The position numbers and the translations under genes are program-made. A stretch of DNA of 64,000 nucleotides from an uncultured cyanobacterium (lineage in GTDB: Bacteria; Cyanobacteriota; Cyanobacteriia; Cyanobacteriales; CAWCAG01), in assembly GCA_963793425.1 (NCBI GenBank), contig CAWCAG010000009.1:544001-608000 (forward strand), read 5' to 3'. Below are positions 59,230-64,000 of the stretch, one piece after another; the first letter of the stretch is position 1, and every line of letters starts with the position of its first letter. Under the pieces are notes generated by a model that was given only the letters and a program-made list of their open reading frames with translations, had not been told where the DNA came from and made no database searches.

Positions 59230-59254
59230 CCTCCCCATTAGCCTAATGGGGAGG
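59230..59254. terminator. Hairpin between the convergent kinase and HDO genes
   Basis: CCTCCCCATTA-GCC-TAATGGGGAGG. Confidence 0.7.
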
Positions 59255-59265
59255 TAAGTATAACT

Positions 59266-60018
59266 CTATAGATTCTTACTCGCTTCTACTTCCAAATTAT
59301 CTCCCATCCAAGTAAACATATCTTGAATTGATAGGGCCATATCTTGTACCCCTGCTTGGAATAAAGCTATATCATCCTCAGATTGGATGTGCATTTGGGC
59401 CACCTCAAGCAACTCATCAGTATGCTCTGGATCAAGGATACAGTGAATGTGGAAGTACTCAATAGTTTGGTCTTCAATGCCAGGAAAAATTTTACGCAAT
59501 CCCTCAATGTAGTTAGGGAAAATACCAGGCAAAATTTGTTCAATAACAGCAAAGCGCCCTAAAGAGCGTACAATTGGCTCATCATCACAAACTTCAAACT
59601 TCTTAAACCGCAAGGCTGGAATACGAAAAGCACCATCATCTTCATTAAGATCAACACGAGGGCAATCAATACCTCTCATAAAGCGCATAAACAAAGCCAC
59701 ATGAGCTTTGTCTGCATCTAACTCTCCATGTTCAGTAAAAGCATTTTCTAACATAATCGTCCGGGCGCGATAATTAGACATTTTCGCTGTTACTTTCAAA
59801 AATGCTTGGTTGAAGCGGTTGCTTCCTGGTAGCATTTTCATGGCAAATTTACGAATAGCATCTTGGCTAAAATTTCCTGCGGCAAATTGCTTAACAAAAA
59901 GATGATTTTCTAAGGCGTGTTGGGAAACGACTTCATTGAGTATTTGATTGAGCTTTTGCTTTTGGGAAATGGGGGTAGAAACAGGAGCTTGTTTTTGATT
60001 GATTAGCAGAGATGTCAT
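59266..60018 (-). CDS. Heme-oxygenase-like diiron oxidase (TenA/PqqC/CADD-like iron-containing redox enzyme)
   Basis: ENAFTEHG...AH, IEQ and YFHIHCILDPEH motifs giving an E,H,E,H,D,H ligand set; ATG at 60018. Confidence 0.8.
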   Translation of the reverse strand: MTSLLINQKQAPVSTPISQKQKLNQILNEVVSQHALENHLFVKQFAAGNFSQDAIRKFAMKMLPGSNRFNQAFLKVTAKMSNYRARTIMLENAFTEHGELDADKAHVALFMRFMRGIDCPRVDLNEDDGAFRIPALRFKKFEVCDDEPIVRSLGRFAVIEQILPGIFPNYIEGLRKIFPGIEDQTIEYFHIHCILDPEHTDELLEVAQMHIQSEDDIALFQAGVQDMALSIQDMFTWMGDNLEVEASKNL

Positions 60019-60251
60019 AGGTTTTCGGTAGCTGCACAACGTTTATTATTATATATAAAAACATTTAATTTTTTGCCGCAGTAAAAATAAATACATTCTC
60101 TATTTCTTCACGAAAAAGACATCACTTAGAGGTTATCTATTAAGTATTAAAAACAAATACTGTAAGTAGGATAATTAATATTATCCTACTCAATAATTTT
60201 ACTTATTCACCTATACTTAACCTTCTTAAAGCTGTTTGCTTACTATTTAAT

Positions 60252-60743
60252 TTAGCTATCTAAGGATGCAGCACCAAAGGTCGCATTGAAGCGACGACAC
60301 CAAATAGCCACAGAGTTATAATCTTCTAAATTAATATTTTCAGGAATAGCATAGCGTTGTTTACCTGTAGTTGTTTGTAAAGGAGCTAATGTAACATATT
60401 CCCCTTCCTTAATACCAAAAGCAGGGGCTTGTCCAGAACCAATAACATCAGCGGAACGGTGTAAAACCACAAACAAATCTGGCCCGCTGTCAGTTTGGAA
60501 AGATTGATCAAACTCTAAATAGCGATCGCCATTTTCTTCTACTATTACTGCATTACCAGCAGTAGGATGTTCCCCATTAACAAACATTCCTGACTTGAGC
60601 ATCGAACCAGCCATTTTCTTCATGCTTAAGGTTTCTAGGCTAGTAGAAGGATGAGATAGCATCTCTGCTTTTAGAGCAGGAGAAACAGCAGCAGAAACTA
60701 ACAGAATAGATAAACCGCCCAAGATTAATTTTCTCATAATCAT
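60252..60743 (-). CDS. DM13 domain secreted protein
   Basis: Signal peptide; HPTAG, GPDLFVVL, G.QRY.IP and SVAIWCRRFNATFG.A.L; GGAG RBS before ATG 60743. Confidence 0.88.
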   Translation of the reverse strand: MIMRKLILGGLSILLVSAAVSPALKAEMLSHPSTSLETLSMKKMAGSMLKSGMFVNGEHPTAGNAVIVEENGDRYLEFDQSFQTDSGPDLFVVLHRSADVIGSGQAPAFGIKEGEYVTLAPLQTTTGKQRYAIPENINLEDYNSVAIWCRRFNATFGAASLDS

Positions 60744-60868
60744 TAACTCCTTCGTCAAATATTTAGATAAAAGACTTTCAAACCCCAAAACCTGATTTGA
60801 AAGTCTGAACAAATGTGTGATTGTCCTTATCTATTAGCATCAATGAGCAAACTGAGTTTATCCCCATT

Positions 60869-60898
60869 AAAAAATGAGACTCTGATAAGAGTCTCATT
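60869..60898 (-). terminator. Rho-independent terminator
   Basis: Minus strand AATGAGACTCT-TATC-AGAGTCTCATT followed by TTTT. Confidence 0.65.
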
Positions 60899-60989
60899 AG
60901 AAAGCTGAGAGCGAAGAAATTTGAAGCAAGGGTAACTCAATTTACCTATTGTCTAATCAAGCAATTAGCCACTAGCCACTAGATATTAT

Positions 60990-61691
60990 CTAACCTATAC
61001 GTTCATAAATTTTGGCATTGTTACGGGCGCGGTTCCTACCAGTAAATTCCCAAACAGAACCATCTTTGCCAGTTACTTTAGCACCAGCTTTTTTCACCTT
61101 ATCTGTTTGCCCTCTAGTAAGAATTTTGGTTTGGGTTAAGTCAGTTTGCATCTTTTTAGTCCCAACTCCCCAACCTTCTTGATCAGCAATTGAAGACTTT
61201 GTTTCGGTTTGGGCTTTGCTGGGCTTACTCGCAGCTTTTTTAGGAGTAGGCTTCGGTTTGCTTGCTTTTGCTGTCCCTGTTGGACGCTCTTGCTGTGCTT
61301 TTAAAGTAGCAATTTCTGCTTGCATACTTACCCTTTCAGCTTGGAGAGCATCTGCTACTGGCATAGGTAAATAGAAAGTCTGTCCCGCTAGGGTTGCTTT
61401 GGTAGTGGCGCTGCTAGGGGCGCTGCTTTCGTCTTGCCCTTGCGTCACTTCTCCTCCAAGTTTGAGCCGTTCATTTTCTTGAGCCATAGCCATGACTTGC
61501 TTTTGCGACTCGCCGAAAGCGAAGACTATACCTTTGAGTTCAGCTTTCACCGCTTCTACCTCAGCTTGGAGTTGCTCAACCTGTTCTGATGCTTCTTCAG
61601 CTTGCACTGAGGCAAGCATTTCTGTGTAAAGTTGAGTAAAGAGTTGCTGAACCTGGGGAGGAATGACGGAAGATTCAAGAGATTTGGACAT
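60990..61691 (-). CDS. Hypothetical coiled-coil protein with Lys/Ala-rich linker
   Basis: 233-aa ORF; heptad-rich segments and a basic C-terminus. Confidence 0.65.
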   Translation of the reverse strand: MSKSLESSVIPPQVQQLFTQLYTEMLASVQAEEASEQVEQLQAEVEAVKAELKGIVFAFGESQKQVMAMAQENERLKLGGEVTQGQDESSAPSSATTKATLAGQTFYLPMPVADALQAERVSMQAEIATLKAQQERPTGTAKASKPKPTPKKAASKPSKAQTETKSSIADQEGWGVGTKKMQTDLTQTKILTRGQTDKVKKAGAKVTGKDGSVWEFTGRNRARNNAKIYERIG

Positions 61692-61997
61692 AATGTAAAA
61701 TGTTCAGAATACATAGCTGCAAGATAATACCTTAAGATACGCTATCTTTCCTACTAACAGCTAGCATTCTAGCAAAATTAATTTCCCAACTGGCAGTGTT
61801 GAAGAAAAATGCAACCTGTCATTTAGAATCTACAACCCTTGATATACAGTACTTTCGACCTTTTGTTTTTTGCCTTCAGACACTTAATATAAAACGATGA
61901 AGCAATGTTGCTTTTTGCAACGGACTTATGCTTGCCCGCCGCAAGGTTAGTCAACGAAAGGGAATGTAAGAACTGAAAATCTTCAACTCTTATTTAA

Positions 61998-63050
61998 TTA
62001 AATTTCATCCCAACCGCTCACTCCAGAGGACATCACATAGCTGGTAACTCCTGCTTCAAAGAAGTTTGCTTTGGTATGCCCTTCTTTTTTTGTGTCGGAA
62101 AAGCGCTCTAAGTGTGCGTAGGGACTCTTTTTGTATTTTTCTTCTGGGTACAAGGGTTTTAAGCCAATACTACGCAGTCTCATATTAGCTAGGTACTTGG
62201 TATACTGCTCCGTGCTAGCTTCTGTGATACCTAAAATGTTGTTGCCAACAATATGATTAGTCCAGCGGCATTCATGTTCTACGGCCGCATTCACCATGGC
62301 ATAAACTTGTTCGAGGGAATGGGGAAATATTTGCATTGCTTCGGGGATGAGTTTTTGGAATAAGCGAACATGACTCAACTCATCGCGGTTAATCATTTTA
62401 AAAATGTCTGCACTCCCCGGCATTAACATTCTAGAAGCAAGGTTATAAAAGTAGATGAAGCCGTTGTAAAAATAAAGTCCTTCTAACAAAAAGTCGGCAA
62501 GTAAGGAAACAAAGTATCTTTCTGGTGTGGGATGATCAACATATTGTTGATAAAGTCCGGCGACAAATTCGCACCGATCTCTTAGTACGCTATCGGTACG
62601 CCAAAATTCATAAACTGCATTCCTGCGTTCACTAGGAATGACAGTTTCAATGATATATTGATAACTTTGGTTGTGCATCCCTTCTTGGGAGATTTGCTCT
62701 GCCATACAAAGGCTGACTTCTGGGGCAGTAACACTACTTTTGATGTGGGGAATATTACAAGTCTGTACAGAGTCTAAGAAGGTGAGGTAGGAAAGAATAC
62801 CGTCGAAGGCATAGCGTTCCTCTGGAGTTAGGTTCCAATAATCAGTGACATCTTGGGTTAAGTCCAGTTTTTGGGGAACCCAAAAGTTTTCTCGCATTTG
62901 TTGATATAAACCAATAGCCCAGGGATAGCGGACATCGTTGAGTTGCATGAGGTTTGTGGTGTTACCAAACCAAATAGAACGAGTTTCAGTGCTATCGTCC
63001 CCATCAGGGTTGAAGATGGGGTTATTTTTCATGGAAATTTTAGCTTGCAT
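61998..63050 (-). CDS. nrdB: Ribonucleotide reductase class I beta subunit
   Basis: NFWVP, FLDSVQ, QEGMHNQSY (radical Tyr), LEGLYFYNGF, RDELSH and NFFE motifs. Confidence 0.93.
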   Translation of the reverse strand: MQAKISMKNNPIFNPDGDDSTETRSIWFGNTTNLMQLNDVRYPWAIGLYQQMRENFWVPQKLDLTQDVTDYWNLTPEERYAFDGILSYLTFLDSVQTCNIPHIKSSVTAPEVSLCMAEQISQEGMHNQSYQYIIETVIPSERRNAVYEFWRTDSVLRDRCEFVAGLYQQYVDHPTPERYFVSLLADFLLEGLYFYNGFIYFYNLASRMLMPGSADIFKMINRDELSHVRLFQKLIPEAMQIFPHSLEQVYAMVNAAVEHECRWTNHIVGNNILGITEASTEQYTKYLANMRLRSIGLKPLYPEEKYKKSPYAHLERFSDTKKEGHTKANFFEAGVTSYVMSSGVSGWDEI

Positions 63051-63081
63051 TTTTAGTAGGGAGGTAGGAGTTTATGATTCA

Positions 63082-64000
63082 CTAATTAGCGCAGGCGGCA
63101 CAGCCTTCACCCTTTTCTTTGAAATCATCTTTTTGGACAGTGCGGATATAATAAACTGCTTTACATCCTTCTTCCCAAGCCATGATCAAAGTTTCGAGGA
63201 TATCTTTTGCTTTAAGGCAACGTTCTGGTTCTTCGGGGAAGTAAACTCCTTTGTTCAGGTTGAAGAGTAATTCCATGGAAATGCCTGTATCAATCCATTT
63301 TTGGATCGTTGCTACGGCTTTGACAACCTCTTTTTGATCTAGAGTTTTGTTTTCCCGGTAGAACCAAAAACTCTCTTTGATGAAGGGGGGGGCGATGGGG
63401 ACTGTTCCTTTGGCCCATTTGTCGTAGAAGAACTTGCTATAAACCGGCAAAATACTTGCTGTACAACCTTGCACTAAAGACGAAGATGTATTAGGTGCGA
63501 TCGCAGTGATATGAGAATTACGAATGCCATGTTTAACAATTTCTTCCCCTAGGGTAACCCAACGCCCATGATCTTTAGCATTGGCTTTAAACCAAGCTAG
63601 AGGTTTAGCACCAACGAGTTTACCTTTGCTCCATTCACTACCAGCAAAAGCAGGGTAAGCCCCCCTTTCTTGGGCCAATTCCATGGAGGCATAGGTGCAA
63701 TAGTAGCCAATTTCTTCAAAAAGGTAACTTATTTCTGGTAAACAGCTATAGGATAGCTTACGCTTGGCTAGCCAGTCCGCTAAGCCCATGCAACCGACTC
63801 CAATGGTACGATACTTGTTATTGTGGGTTTGGCTAGCTGGGAAAGGAGGAGAGGTTAAATCGATGGTGTTATCTAACAGACGTACAGCGATGCGGCTGAT
63901 GTTGGGTAACTCGGTTTCTTCAGTGTTGGCTAAGTTAATGCTACAAAGGTTACAAGTATGGGCTTCCAGTCCGGGTTTAACATTCGACCAAGATTCTTGA
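63082..64000 (-). CDS. nrdA: Ribonucleotide reductase class I alpha subunit, C-terminal part (open at window edge)
   Basis: Frame open from 63999 (QESWSNV...HTCNLCSINL); IGVG.MGLAD, AIAPNTSSS, KAVYY and C-terminal CAAC. Confidence 0.92.
   Translation of the reverse strand, partial: QESWSNVKPGLEAHTCNLCSINLANTEETELPNISRIAVRLLDNTIDLTSPPFPASQTHNNKYRTIGVGCMGLADWLAKRKLSYSCLPEISYLFEEIGYYCTYASMELAQERGAYPAFAGSEWSKGKLVGAKPLAWFKANAKDHGRWVTLGEEIVKHGIRNSHITAIAPNTSSSLVQGCTASILPVYSKFFYDKWAKGTVPIAPPFIKESFWFYRENKTLDQKEVVKAVATIQKWIDTGISMELLFNLNKGVYFPEEPERCLKAKDILETLIMAWEEGCKAVYYIRTVQKDDFKEKGEGCAACAN

Noticed and set aside
63082..64000. Intein or intron in nrdA
   Set aside because: The visible part is a continuous RNR frame with no splicing motifs; the upstream part is outside the window

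Overview
AT-rich cyanobacterial chromosome segment, identified from frequent HIP1 GCGATCGC octamers, a cyanobacterial 16S/ITS, ebsA, sigC and heptamer tandem repeats. It is mostly housekeeping: holB, glcF, thrB, a complete minus-strand rrn operon (16S-tRNA-Ile-tRNA-Ala-23S-5S), hslO, prs, bioD, secA, proS, cbiG-cobJ/cobK, sigC, lipA, tRNA-Pro, larB, purSQ and nrdAB. Signalling genes are interspersed: two Ser/Thr kinases, two histidine kinases, a response regulator and an AAA_35-WD40 protein. No CRISPR array, prophage or intact IS element is visible. The best leads are: (1) an unannotated multi-branched RNA structure with GNRA loops at about 45920-46100 that also carries a 17-codon ORF with a sequestered RBS; (2) a heme-oxygenase-like diiron enzyme convergent with a 3-TM sensor histidine kinase (57963-60018), a possible signal synthase/receptor pair; (3) an ethylene-receptor-type kinase whose copper ligands have degenerated; (4) a candidate sRNA at about 9608-9727; (5) a 24-bp dispersed element beside heptamer repeats. 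secA is split by a one-base homopolymer frameshift that is probably an assembly error. All family assignments come from motif recognition by eye; no searches were run.
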